Shown: positions 48,200 to 58,918 of the stretch, piece by piece
Layout of the letters: every line of letters starts with the position of its first letter
How positions within the stretch are numbered: position 1 is the first letter of the stretch
From: a virus
Taxonomy: Duplodnaviria; Caudoviricetes
DNA: 64,000 nt
IMG/VR virus record: IMGVR_UViG_3300030055_000003
Direction: 5' to 3' (one strand)
Notes under the pieces: generated by a model
Told to the model about the DNA's origin: nothing
Databases searched by the model: none
The model's input: only the letters and a program-made list of their open reading frames with translations
Translations under genes and position numbers: made by a program

Positions 48200-48787
48200 C
48201 TAAGCTTCTTTTGGTAAAATCAAATTATTACTTATGAAGTTTGTTAAATACAAATAATCGTCTTTAGTTAATACAGAGCTTTTACTCAAAGTATAAATGT
48301 AATGCATATCATTCTTAAATTCAAAATTCTTATAAACTTCTATATGAACACCAAGTCTATAGTTTAATTCGTATTTAAGTCTTAATATACAATCTCTATT
48401 CATTAGTTTGTTTTTTACACTAGCTTTAAGTATATTATTAAACTCCATATAACCATCAGTAGTCACAACCTTAAGTTCATGCTTGTCTGCTACTGTATTA
48501 GGCTTTGAGATTGACTTAGATATATTTGTATTAAACTCATTACAAGTACCATTAGAATCCAATCCTATTAGTTTAAGACTACCAAGAACAATATTGAACA
48601 AAAATACAACTATAATAGGTATCATTGGTATTAATAAACCCACTCCTAATATAGCAACTGCCATTCTTTCAAATATATTGTCCATAGAGTTATATAACAT
48701 AAGAACATTAATTGCTAAGAATCCTAATATACCACTAAATATTAATGATTGTTTAATACTTTTCTTAAATATACTTTGTTTTTTCAT
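48200..48787 (-). CDS. membrane protein (two N-terminal TM helices)
   Basis: LIFSGILGFLAINVLMLY; VAILGVGLLIPMIPIIVVFLFNIVL. Confidence 0.7.
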   Translation of the reverse strand: MKKQSIFKKSIKQSLIFSGILGFLAINVLMLYNSMDNIFERMAVAILGVGLLIPMIPIIVVFLFNIVLGSLKLIGLDSNGTCNEFNTNISKSISKPNTVADKHELKVVTTDGYMEFNNILKASVKNKLMNRDCILRLKYELNYRLGVHIEVYKNFEFKNDMHYIYTLSKSSVLTKDDYLYLTNFISNNLILPKEA

Positions 48788-48819
48788 TTCTTTCTCTCCT
48801 TTTGTAATTTAAATTATTT

Positions 48820-49008
48820 TTAATATATTTCTATAATGTTATTTTCCCAATCAAATTCGTAATTGTCGGTATCATATAAATCGCTCATAGTAATTTCCAT
48901 CTCATCTTCTGTTTTTATTACTATAAGTTTTTCTTTATAATACTTTTCAAAATCAGATTTAAATTGTTTAAAAGTTACAGTTGTCATTAGTTTGTTCTCC
49001 TTTCTCAA
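48820..49008 (-). CDS. small acidic hypothetical protein
   Basis: ORF track. Confidence 0.55.
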   Translation of the reverse strand: MRKENKLMTTVTFKQFKSDFEKYYKEKLIVIKTEDEMEITMSDLYDTDNYEFDWENNIIEIY

Positions 49009-49071
49009 TTAATTATTCATATATAAATATATGTACTGGGACTACAACAAACATTCATAGTCCCATTTAAC

Positions 49072-49698
49072 TCATGGCAATACTATCTTTTGTAGTAAAT
49101 CAGTAAAATTATAATCAAGTCCTATTATCTTGTATTCAGCTCTATCACTTTTGATACATTGTCCATTATAATTTATAATAATTACATCTGGAAAGTAATC
49201 TTCTTCGTCTTGATTTTCCTTATACCATTCTTGAACTTCTTCTGTATCATAAATTGAATTATATTTTTCAGTTGGATTAGTTTTATGATATTTATCAAAC
49301 TCTATTAAATAAGAATTAAAATCAAGTTTTCCATTTACATTATTGTGAAAAATTATATGTGCATCACTTCTTCTTTTAGATAAAGACCATGTCTCTTCTA
49401 ATTTAAAATAATCTATCTGAGTTACTATATTGTTTATTTCTGCATAAAGATTTAATAAATAATATTTATGATCTGATACTGTATTCTTTTTGAATTGATA
49501 AATCAACTCTCTACCATAGCTATTTTTATTAGCTACAATATCTTTATTATCAACTAATCTATTAAGAACTCTTCTTGCTACATCTAATTTACATTTATCT
49601 TCTTTATAAAATAAATTGGCACAAATCCTAGTAGTAATAAATCCATATGTTTCTATAAAATTAAGTATATTTCTAATCTTTTGAGTATACCTAATCAT
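49072..49698 (-). CDS. Replic_Relax-like (replication-relaxation) protein
   Basis: N-terminal wHTH (ILNFIETYGFITTR..ARRVLNRLV) plus RSDAHI..YLIEFDK nuclease-like motif; directly after FtsK gene. Confidence 0.55.
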   Translation of the reverse strand: MIRYTQKIRNILNFIETYGFITTRICANLFYKEDKCKLDVARRVLNRLVDNKDIVANKNSYGRELIYQFKKNTVSDHKYYLLNLYAEINNIVTQIDYFKLEETWSLSKRRSDAHIIFHNNVNGKLDFNSYLIEFDKYHKTNPTEKYNSIYDTEEVQEWYKENQDEEDYFPDVIIINYNGQCIKSDRAEYKIIGLDYNFTDLLQKIVLP

Positions 49699-49700
49699 TA

Positions 49701-51365
49701 TTATTCACTCCTTTGTTTCTTAAACTTAGACCATCTTTTTTCAGATTTATCAGGTTTTTTAGTAAAATCAATAACTTTTTTATCTTTTTCTTCTGTTTTT
49801 TGTTCATTTTCATTGATTTCTTGTAGTTTTTCTTGATTTTTTTGAACTATATTTCCTTTATTATCTAATGTCATAAATTCTTTGTTTATATTTATTAATG
49901 GCTTTAAAAATTTTATCATCATTTCTGTAGTTAAATAAAGTGTCTTACCATTATATACTTGATCTGCAACACAAATAAATTCCCTTTGTGGTTTTTGTCT
50001 TATTGCTAGAGTAGCTAGTTCTCCATCACCTAGTATAGTCATTGCTGAAGGTATATTAGAAAAATGAAAACATATTTGATTTCCAAGATTACTCTTAATT
50101 TCAGGTGACAGATTTGCTACACTTCCACGCTGAGTTGCAAGTAAACAATATACACCAGCACTACGTCCTTCTCTATTAATTTGCCACATTATACTACTTG
50201 ATAATTCTTTCATTCTCTTTTCATTTTTATCATTTTCTGTTCCGTTTACTGAAAAGGACGCTATTTCATCTATACAAAAATAAATTAGTGGAAGTTTTTT
50301 ACTTGGGAATCTATCATTATATTCATATATATTAACTATTCCACCGTACTCATCTGCGTTATCAAACAGTTTATTTCTCCTTGTAACTTCATTGCTTAAG
50401 AATAACAATTCTTTTAATGCATCTTGATAAGTATTAGCATAATATTTACATTGTTTTATCTTTTTAAAAACTTTAAGGTCTTGTTTTGAACTCAGCATAG
50501 TTACAAATAGCTGAACTGATTTTTCATCATTATGCAATACTAAGTTCAAAACAGACATTATCATAGAAACTGTCTTTCCACTTCCTGCTTGTCCTCCCCA
50601 AATAGCATTAGGAGATATAGAGAAGTCTAAAATTATAGGCTTATAATAATGAGTCATACCACAATATAATTCATAAGGTTTTACTTTAATAGGTTCAAAT
50701 TTTTCTTTATCAGGTAATTTAGTTATCATTATTTCTATAGTAGTTTGATTTCCAGTATCATTAAAATGCAAAGAACAGATTCCAAATACCTTATTCAAAT
50801 CTACTATGCTCCCTTCTAACAAATCGTAACTAAGTCCATTAGGAATAGAAACTTTAAATCTATAACCTATTAATATTTTGTTATTCTTTTTATCTATTTG
50901 GGTAGGATGATATATTTTTTCAGATTCTCCTAGCGAAAAGGTTTCTCCATTATAATTTCTTTGCTTAGAATCACTAAACATTTGATACCATTTAAATTTT
51001 ATATCATTCATTTCACTAATATCCAATCCTTCAAGATGGTATCTCATATAAATACTAGATTTTGTAGAACTATATTCTGCTATTACTTCTCCCCTATAAA
51101 TAACACTTATAGCTGGTAATAGTTTTCTAAAATCATTTAAGCTTTTTCCATAAGGTAGCACTATAATTACATCAAAGCCATAATGTTTTATAAAAATATC
51201 TTCTAATACGTAATAATTAGCCTTTTTATTAAAGTCACTAACTCCTTTATTTTTTGCAACATCTTTAGTTATATCAACATTGTTTGTACGTTCCATTAAT
51301 ATTTTCCATTTATTTTTTATACCTTTTTTAATTTGGTATTCAGTATATATACTACTTAATTCCAT
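49701..51365 (-). CDS. FtsK/SpoIIIE-family ATPase
   Basis: Walker A GGQAGSGKT; Walker B FCIDEIASF; GRSAGVYCLLATQR. Confidence 0.88.
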   Translation of the reverse strand: MELSSIYTEYQIKKGIKNKWKILMERTNNVDITKDVAKNKGVSDFNKKANYYVLEDIFIKHYGFDVIIVLPYGKSLNDFRKLLPAISVIYRGEVIAEYSSTKSSIYMRYHLEGLDISEMNDIKFKWYQMFSDSKQRNYNGETFSLGESEKIYHPTQIDKKNNKILIGYRFKVSIPNGLSYDLLEGSIVDLNKVFGICSLHFNDTGNQTTIEIMITKLPDKEKFEPIKVKPYELYCGMTHYYKPIILDFSISPNAIWGGQAGSGKTVSMIMSVLNLVLHNDEKSVQLFVTMLSSKQDLKVFKKIKQCKYYANTYQDALKELLFLSNEVTRRNKLFDNADEYGGIVNIYEYNDRFPSKKLPLIYFCIDEIASFSVNGTENDKNEKRMKELSSSIMWQINREGRSAGVYCLLATQRGSVANLSPEIKSNLGNQICFHFSNIPSAMTILGDGELATLAIRQKPQREFICVADQVYNGKTLYLTTEMMIKFLKPLININKEFMTLDNKGNIVQKNQEKLQEINENEQKTEEKDKKVIDFTKKPDKSEKRWSKFKKQRSE

Positions 51366-51675
51366 TAGTTATCTCCTTCTTTTTATTATTCAATTTCTTT
51401 ATTAAATTTGCTAATTCACTATTATCAACTACTCTACCATTCTTATAAGTGTTAGTTATTAATTTAAAAAGCAATGGTGCAATTACAATCATAGAACCTT
51501 CAATTACTAACCAATAAGGAACAATTGGAATTCCACCAATATAAACCATTGCATCATTTTTAAATATAGTATAAAACTTAGAAACAACTATAACTGATTC
51601 AGTACCTATAAAACCATATATACAACCATACAAAACTTTATTCATCATTGAATATCTCCTGTCGTTTTTGTTCAT
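51352..51675 (-). CDS. membrane protein, first gene of FtsK operon
   Basis: two hydrophobic segments; overlaps FtsK start. Confidence 0.7.
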   Translation of the reverse strand: MNKNDRRYSMMNKVLYGCIYGFIGTESVIVVSKFYTIFKNDAMVYIGGIPIVPYWLVIEGSMIVIAPLLFKLITNTYKNGRVVDNSELANLIKKLNNKKKEITNGIK

Positions 51676-51728
51676 ACTATATTTATATTCAGATATTTTT
51701 AAAATGTGATTAAAAGGAGGTAATTTTT

Positions 51729-52301
51729 ATGTATTTAATTTTAGGAATTATAAGTGTATTTATATTAGTATGTTGGATTGCTTCAGAGTGGATTATACGT
51801 GGCAACTATAAAGATAGTCATGATGTAGTTAAATATAGTATAAACAGACAATTAAAACTTATATCTGATGCAATAGATAAACTTGATGGATTTCAATTTG
51901 AGAGTTTTTGTTGTCATATGTTCAATTTAGGTGGTTTAAATGCAAAAGTAACTCCTCGTACCCGAGATGGAGGAAAAGATATTATAATTAAAGATAAAGA
52001 TGGAATAATGTATGTTGAATGTAAACATTACGCTGAAGGTAATAAGATTTCAACTAACTTTATTCATAAATTGATAAGTGCTTGCGTTGTCGATAGTGTT
52101 AATAGAGCTATATTTATTACTACTTCAAGCTTTAATAAGGATAGTATAGCTTTAATAAAGAAATGTAAGGTAGTTGATATAGATATTTGGTATAAAGATG
52201 ACGTACTTGATTTTTGTAGGAATATTGATAGATTAGAATTATTAGATTGGCTAGGATATGATAGAGATGAGGTATTGAAATATTGTATGATAAGTATTTA
52301 A
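51729..52301 (+). CDS. Mrr-like (type IV-type) restriction endonuclease domain with N-terminal TM anchor
   Basis: FQFESFCCHMF..VTPRTRDGGKDIII..VECKHY..AIFITTSSF. Confidence 0.85.
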   Translation: MYLILGIISVFILVCWIASEWIIRGNYKDSHDVVKYSINRQLKLISDAIDKLDGFQFESFCCHMFNLGGLNAKVTPRTRDGGKDIIIKDKDGIMYVECKHYAEGNKISTNFIHKLISACVVDSVNRAIFITTSSFNKDSIALIKKCKVVDIDIWYKDDVLDFCRNIDRLELLDWLGYDRDEVLKYCMISI

Positions 52302-52339
52302 TAAATAGGTATTTATCATACAATATTACCTATTTTTTA

Positions 52340-52600
52340 GTTAAAACTAGTAAAAAACCAACTAAAGAGGTGATTTTATTGGAATTTTAATAATTCCTTA
52401 TATGTATATGTTAAATATTACAAACTAGTAGACTTTATTAGTATTCAGTAGTAACTATTAGTAATTCTTATAAATACTAATAGTTATATCGTAATTATAA
52501 GATACTATTATAGTTTCTGATTATATATTATTATTTATTAGCAACTAGTAAATATACTAATTAAAAACAATAAACTAAAATAACTTGTAATAGTTTATAA
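52340..52600. repeat. short degenerate ACTAGTA/ACTAWTAG repeats, candidate tubS/tubC centromere
   Basis: AAACTAGTA 52344 and 52422, CAACTAGTA 52542, AACTATTAGTA 52453, TACTAATAGTT 52475, TACTATTATAGTTT 52503; directly upstream of tubR-like gene. Confidence 0.5.
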
Positions 52601-52648
52601 CAAATGATAATATAATATTATAGAATCTATAAAAGGAGGTTTTTTGCT

Positions 52649-53005
52649 ATGGATAATGATATTGAAATACTTTCAGAATCAGAATATAAAGATAAAACAA
52701 TTAAACCAATAGAAATTGATAAATTTGATATTGAGATTTTATACGTATTATTTGTAAATGATAAAACTACACCATTAGAATCATTTAAAATAAAAGAAAT
52801 AATTCAAAATACTGATTCAGATTTGTCTTACTACACATACGTCACAAGAGTACAAAAGAAAATGATGTCTTTGAATTATATAAAAGAAGGCTATAAAGAT
52901 GGGAATGCAAAATGTTTTTATATAACGGATTTTGGAATTAAATATTTAAAAGACAATATTTTAAATACAGAAAATATATATGGGGAGGAAAATGATAATG
53001 AATAG
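52649..53005 (+). CDS. tubR: TubR-like winged-helix adaptor
   Basis: wHTH pattern FDIEILYVL..FKIKEII..YYTYVTRVQK.M..NYIKEGYKDGNAKCFYITDFG; overlaps tubZ start. Confidence 0.6.
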   Translation: MDNDIEILSESEYKDKTIKPIEIDKFDIEILYVLFVNDKTTPLESFKIKEIIQNTDSDLSYYTYVTRVQKKMMSLNYIKEGYKDGNAKCFYITDFGIKYLKDNILNTENIYGEENDNE

Positions 53006-54194
53006 AGGAGATATGCTTTTTGTTGGACTAGGGGGAGCTGGAGGTAGATTAGTTGATAATTTAATGGATTATGACGGAATGTATCAAGGATTTTTTATAA
53101 ATACAAGTATAGGAGATATAAAAAGCCTTACAAATTCTACTGAAGAAACCCATAATTATTATTGTATTTCTACTTTAAATGGCGTTGGTAGGAATAGAAA
53201 ATTAGGAAAAGCTTTTGCAGATCAAAGTGGATATAATATGATTGATATACTAACTAAATATCAACAAGAAGTAATATATTTAGTTGCTAGTCTAGGTGGA
53301 GGTAGTGGCAGTTCAATATTAAGTGTTCTTTTAGAAGCTATTGAAGAATTGAAATCAGATGAAGATGGAAGTTTTAATAAAATTATAAACGTTATAGCTA
53401 TATTACCTAGTTTGAATTCTCCAGATGTTATTTTAAATAATGCACTTGAAACATGGGACGAAATTATTGATAATAAAGGTATTAACGGAATAATGTTTAT
53501 TGATAATGGTTCTAATATAATTAAAGCTAAAAATATACCAGAATCTCAAAGAGATACAATAATTAATAGTAATTTCATTGAATTATTTGATTCAATATTT
53601 GATATTCCTGAAAATAATAGCATCAGATTTGATAATGGTAATTTAGGCAATATATTAAGAGATAAGGGGTGTCTATATATTTATGATATTCCAAATGATT
53701 GTACAAGTATAGATATTGCTATGAGTAAATCTGAAGCAAATAGTGTTTTTGCTAAAATGTACAAAGAGGATAATATTGTTACTGAAAGTAATAAACTTAT
53801 CCAAAAAGATAATAGCGAAAACAACTATATAGAATGTGGATATTTAGGTATGTCTTTTTTAAATCAAACATATAATAAAGATTATTTTTATCAAAAATTT
53901 TCATTTAGAGAAGAAGATTACGATGGAGTAAATGCAAATAAAAATTTATTCTTAATAAGCGGATGTAAACCACCAATAAACTCTATGAAACTAATACAAC
54001 ATGAAATAAAAGATAGAAAGAAAAACGGGAATACTCATACTAAGTCAGATAATAATAGTTCATTTAAAATTAATAAAGAAACTAATGAGAATAATAATTA
54101 TACCTCAGAAACTAATGAAAATAATGCTTCAGATGGTAATGCTAATTTAGTAAAGAAAGCTATGAAAAAGAATTTATTTAGAAAGAAAAGATAA
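52980..54194 (+). CDS. tubZ: tubulin/FtsZ-family GTPase TubZ
   Basis: FVGLGGAGGRLVD, FFINTS, NGVGRNRKLG, ASLGGGSGSS; basic C-tail KKNLFRKKR. Confidence 0.9.
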   Translation: MGRKMIMNRGDMLFVGLGGAGGRLVDNLMDYDGMYQGFFINTSIGDIKSLTNSTEETHNYYCISTLNGVGRNRKLGKAFADQSGYNMIDILTKYQQEVIYLVASLGGGSGSSILSVLLEAIEELKSDEDGSFNKIINVIAILPSLNSPDVILNNALETWDEIIDNKGINGIMFIDNGSNIIKAKNIPESQRDTIINSNFIELFDSIFDIPENNSIRFDNGNLGNILRDKGCLYIYDIPNDCTSIDIAMSKSEANSVFAKMYKEDNIVTESNKLIQKDNSENNYIECGYLGMSFLNQTYNKDYFYQKFSFREEDYDGVNANKNLFLISGCKPPINSMKLIQHEIKDRKKNGNTHTKSDNNSSFKINKETNENNNYTSETNENNASDGNANLVKKAMKKNLFRKKR

Positions 54195-54230
54195 TACTAA
54201 AGGGATGAAATACTCCCTTTAGTATTTATA

Positions 54231-55055
54231 ATGTGGAGGATTATATTTATGAACGATAAATCAATTGATGTTCATTTTGAAGATATAAATAAAAAATACT
54301 ACACTATAGATGAAGTTGCAAATATTTTAAATATTGAACAATCTACAATTGCATATTATTTTGAAAAACTAAATGATTTCTTAAATATAACGTCTGTAGG
54401 AATGTATCAATTATTTGATAATACTGATATTGAAAATTTAAAAAAAATAAAAGATTTAGAACAAGTAAATAATATGAGTATGAATGAAATAAGAAAATTT
54501 CTAACTCAAAATAAACAGGAAGTCTTACTTAGAAAAGAATCAAATAATAAGGTAGACCAATCAGTATTAAATATATTTCAAACATTTGCAAATGCTATGA
54601 TAGAACAGAACAATAAGATAGAAAAAATGTATAATACTAATGTTCAGTTAACCGAGACTATAAATATAATATCTAATAATCAAAAAGATATTAAGCAAGA
54701 ATTACAAGAACAAAGAGGAATCCATCAAGAGCTTTTAAAAGAATATAAAGAGAAAACTAATGAGCAGTCTACACAATTAATTTTAATTCAAAAAGAATTA
54801 TCTATTACCAAGGAAGAAAATAAAAAAGTGTCACAAAAATTATATAAACAAGAGAAAAATACACAAACTAATTTTAATAATATCAGCCAAAAAATAGATG
54901 AAGATATAACTTTAGTTAAGAATCTGAGAGAAAAAGCTGAAAATAATAAGGTTAAAGCACAGGAGAAAGAGATTGAAGAATTAAAAAGACAATTAGAGAA
55001 TAAACATCAAGGATTATTTGGAAATATATCAAAAATATTTTACAAAAAGAATTAA
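54231..55055 (+). CDS. tubY: TubY-like MerR-type HTH plus coiled-coil protein
   Basis: YYTIDEVANILNIEQSTIAYY..LFDNTDIENLKKIK..MSMNEIRK; long coiled coil; amphipathic end GLFGNISKIF. Confidence 0.75.
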   Translation: MWRIIFMNDKSIDVHFEDINKKYYTIDEVANILNIEQSTIAYYFEKLNDFLNITSVGMYQLFDNTDIENLKKIKDLEQVNNMSMNEIRKFLTQNKQEVLLRKESNNKVDQSVLNIFQTFANAMIEQNNKIEKMYNTNVQLTETINIISNNQKDIKQELQEQRGIHQELLKEYKEKTNEQSTQLILIQKELSITKEENKKVSQKLYKQEKNTQTNFNNISQKIDEDITLVKNLREKAENNKVKAQEKEIEELKRQLENKHQGLFGNISKIFYKKN

Positions 55056-55211
55056 CAACTCAACATAAAGATAATAATGTCGATAAAGGAATTAATTTCT
55101 GATAGCCTAACAGGTCATAAGAACAGAGATATAAGTTTTATAATAATAGTTGTTGTCTTTAAATTTAGATTGTCTATGGACGTCTTAGACGGGTTATATT
55201 TACAAATAGAT

Positions 55212-55796
55212 AAAATGTAGGTTTCTAGGGTGAATAGGTAGCATTTTTCTTCTACGAAAATTAAAATGTAGGAAAGTAGGGTATAATAAAAATTATGATA
55301 TTAGTTTTTGCTTCTAATTCTTAAAAATGTACTTTTCTAGGGTATGAACATTATAATTTAAAAGTAATATCCACCTGTTTTTGTTATAGAATCAGTTTTA
55401 ACCCTACTTCACTACATTTTATAACCTAGTAAGATACATTTTATGACCTACTATTAAACATATTACACCCTACTGTAATACATTTAATTACTCAACAACG
55501 TTACTATAAGCTATTTAAGGCATCACAGTATTATAATAAAAAATAAGTTGTTGTGAACACAACAACAAATATATTTATATTAATAGCTAGATTTAAATGT
55601 ATGATAATAGGGTTAAAAATGTACTACAGTAGGGTATATGATTATTAAAATGTAATCTTCTAGGGTGAAGATGCTTATTTATCACCAAAATTTAATAATA
55701 AATATTGAAATTTTGTAATTTAAACCCATATAATACCCTACTAAAGTACATTTTAATTATCATAAGGTATATAGTAACCCTACAAGACTACATTTT
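55212..55796. repeat. iteron array / plasmid-type origin: 11 copies of AAAATGTA-N5-(C/G)TAGGGT
   Basis: forward 55212, 55263, 55324; reverse 55401, 55423, 55467; forward 55594, 55616, 55647; reverse 55735, 55777. Confidence 0.88.
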
Positions 55797-55860
55797 AATA
55801 ATAAGTTATTGTTTCTATTTAAATAAGATGTTATATTAAATTTATTGAGGTGAAGAATAC

Positions 55861-57111
55861 ATGGGATATCAACAACTTTCTATTTTAGATGATATAGATG
55901 GACTTAAACCACTTAATAATACTAAATACACATATAAATCTCCAAGCCTTATAGCAACTTCTTATGAATTATCTTTTACGCAACAAAGAATAATTGCTTT
56001 AGCTTGTAAAAAGATGCAACCAATTTATATTGAAAAAAGAATGACACCAAATAATCTCACAAAAGTATTGGGTGCTATGCAATTTAGATTAATAGAAATA
56101 TCTGTTTCAGAATTCAAAGATGAATATGATATTGCTGGAAAGGGTATTTATGAGTATTTAAGTAAAGAAGTAGATGATTTATACGAAGCAGGTTTTTATT
56201 ATTATGATGAACATTCTAAATTAAGTAAAAGAAGATGGGTTTCTTCATGTGACTATGATGGGAAAAATGGTGTAATATCAATAACTTTCAATATAGATAT
56301 TTTATTAGATTTGTTGATATTTAAAGGAAAATATGTAGCTTTATTTTTTGATTTATCCCAAGATATTAGAAGTAAATATGCATATAGAATTTATGAAATA
56401 TTAAAAAGCAAAGCTTATCTTGGAATATATAAAATGACTGTTGATGAATTTAAATTTATGCTTGCTATACAGAATAAGTATGATAATTTTGCTGAATTAA
56501 ATAGAAATATTATAAAACCCAATTTAAATATAATTAATAAAATTAGTGATATTGATGTTGTATTTAAACCAATTAGAAGTGGTAGAATAATTACTTTATT
56601 GCAATTTAATATTACTAAAAAAACAAATATTGAATTTTTAGCAGACGATGATTTTAAAAATAAAATTCCATCAGCATTTAAAGAAGTTTCAGATGCTTTA
56701 TTAAAATATAATGTAAAATTATCTTCCAAAGATACTCAAAATTTATTTGATACAGCTATGGAAATAACTAAAGAAAAATATAGAGATACTGATCCGGTAG
56801 CTTATTTGATTGAAAAAATAAAAGTATTAGATAATTATATAAAGAATAATGATGTAATATCTCCAATTGGATTCTTATTGGATGCAATGACAAGAGAATT
56901 TTCAAACAGTAATTCTATATCAAAACAACTAAATAAAAAAGGATTCAATAATTTTGAAGGTAGACCTGAAGCAAAAGATGAAAAACATATGCGATCTGTA
57001 GAACATAGGTTGCTAGGTTGGGATGATAATGAATCAGAAGAAGAAATAGTAGTTGATGTTGAAGATAATAATAGTGTTGCATCAAATTTACTTAAAGAAA
57101 TGCAAAAATAA
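55861..57111 (+). CDS. Rep_3 (RepB-type) plasmid replication initiator
   Basis: SPSLIATSYELSFTQQRIIALA; SKYAYRIYEIL; MTVDEFKFML; YDNFAELNRNIIKP..IN; directly after iterons. Confidence 0.88.
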   Translation: MGYQQLSILDDIDGLKPLNNTKYTYKSPSLIATSYELSFTQQRIIALACKKMQPIYIEKRMTPNNLTKVLGAMQFRLIEISVSEFKDEYDIAGKGIYEYLSKEVDDLYEAGFYYYDEHSKLSKRRWVSSCDYDGKNGVISITFNIDILLDLLIFKGKYVALFFDLSQDIRSKYAYRIYEILKSKAYLGIYKMTVDEFKFMLAIQNKYDNFAELNRNIIKPNLNIINKISDIDVVFKPIRSGRIITLLQFNITKKTNIEFLADDDFKNKIPSAFKEVSDALLKYNVKLSSKDTQNLFDTAMEITKEKYRDTDPVAYLIEKIKVLDNYIKNNDVISPIGFLLDAMTREFSNSNSISKQLNKKGFNNFEGRPEAKDEKHMRSVEHRLLGWDDNESEEEIVVDVEDNNSVASNLLKEMQK

Positions 57112-57113
57112 GC

Positions 57114-57151
57114 CACTATTTGACCTTATATAACATTAAAGGTCAAAGTAG
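57114..57151 (+). terminator. terminator after rep
   Basis: ACTATTTGACCTT ... AAGGTCAAAGTAGT. Confidence 0.6.
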
Positions 57152-57398
57152 TCACCTAAAAATAGAACGTCTGTGTGGAGCTTATAATGGCATTGTACCC
57201 TATATATAATTATATGTGAGAAGTTATAGTAATATGACTTCTTTTTTCATGTCTAATATTATAAATTTAAAATACAGTAAGTTTATAGTAATTAATAATA
57301 AAAATGTTTTTGACAGAAGTGGTGTTACACAAAAATATATTCGTAAACATTATATATTAATAAATTAATAGAAACACTATTGCAACAATTAGAATATT

Positions 57399-58364
57399 AT
57401 GGTAGGATATAAATTAAGGAAGGAGGGGAGAGTTTTGGATGAAAGTTTTTATAGTAAAATAACAAATGAGTTATTCTATCTAAAAGAAGGTAAGTCAACA
57501 ACAGAAAAAGGTAGTATATTAAACTTATTAAAAGATGATAAAGTAATAATTATATTACATGAGTTATATTCAAATACATCATTCAAAAGAACTTATCAAG
57601 TAAATTTAGATTATTTAATAGAACAATGTCGTTACCAAGTAAATCAAAAATCTAGAAAGAGCTTTGAAATAACATTAAATCAATTAAGAAAAATAAAAAT
57701 AATTAATTTTGATGGAAATTTTAAAGATAAAGTAGTAGTTATAGATACTGAACAATTAATATTGATGTCTTCAAATGAATATTTTCAAATACATAACTTA
57801 GAATTAAAAATATTAAATACAATTAATGATATAAGATTAAGAAATACATTGATTAAATTATATTTTTATTTAAAAGCTAGAACAAAGAAAAGAAGTAGAA
57901 ATAGTAAAACAGGAAAAATATTTAATATTCAAGCTGACCCAACACCACAAGTAACATGGCAAAGCTATGAATATATTGAAAGATACACAAATATAGGGCA
58001 GTCACATATAAAAGAATACATAAATAAATTAAAGGAATTAGGATTAATAGATTATACTAATTGTGGGAAGAAATATCACTCTAATGATAAAAATAAGAAA
58101 TTAAGCGAATGTCCTAATATATATACTATGAGTAATTTAAATCTAGAAGGAAATAAACAAGAATTAGAATTAGGATTAAAACAATGCAAAGATAGTTTAG
58201 AAAAAGATGGATGGATAGTTATAAAAGCAAGTTATAAAAATAACGATAGACAATTGAATGGTAAAAAAGGAGGATTGACCAAAAAATTAAACAATGGAAC
58301 TATAACAGAAGAACAATTAAAAGAACTTGAAACCTTAACAAAAGAAAAAGAACAAGAAGAATAA
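57399..58364 (+). CDS. winged-HTH protein, paralogue of 40289..41212
   Basis: TWQSYEYIERYTNIGQSHIKEYINKLKELGLIDY..PNIY. Confidence 0.65.
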   Translation: MVGYKLRKEGRVLDESFYSKITNELFYLKEGKSTTEKGSILNLLKDDKVIIILHELYSNTSFKRTYQVNLDYLIEQCRYQVNQKSRKSFEITLNQLRKIKIINFDGNFKDKVVVIDTEQLILMSSNEYFQIHNLELKILNTINDIRLRNTLIKLYFYLKARTKKRSRNSKTGKIFNIQADPTPQVTWQSYEYIERYTNIGQSHIKEYINKLKELGLIDYTNCGKKYHSNDKNKKLSECPNIYTMSNLNLEGNKQELELGLKQCKDSLEKDGWIVIKASYKNNDRQLNGKKGGLTKKLNNGTITEEQLKELETLTKEKEQEE

Positions 58365-58918
58365 ATTCTGTGAAGTTTTAAAACGAACAGAGAGTCTTAT
58401 TCTTCTTTTATTTAAAACTTATTATATATTATTGCACCTACACAAGGTATAGGATATTGATACTCTACGTGTAGCCAAATACTACATTTAAGGTATAGAA
58501 TTTTGAACCCTAAATATTTTACTACAAAATATTTAAAAGTTTGAAAAGTAAATTTTGTATATTAGAAAATACATTTAAACAAATTAATAGAATAATAGTT
58601 GACAACATATTAATATTATGGTAAGATAAGTCTTGTAAGGAGGAAATAGAAAATTTAGTAATTTAACACATTTAAATAAATTAATAGAACTAAACGATAT
58701 AAGGAGGATATAAAAAAGTGGTATTAGAATTTAAAACAAAGAAAGAAGGGATTTTACAAAAGAAAATAAAGCGATTTGAAGAACTAAAGGTAAAGAATTT
58801 TAGTGATACAATGGATAAGAAAGAAGAAATTGAATTTGATAAATTAGAAGAATGGCTAAAAATACATAATAATACTTATAAAGTAGCGAATTAATAAAAA
58901 TAAAAAAGGAGATTAAAA

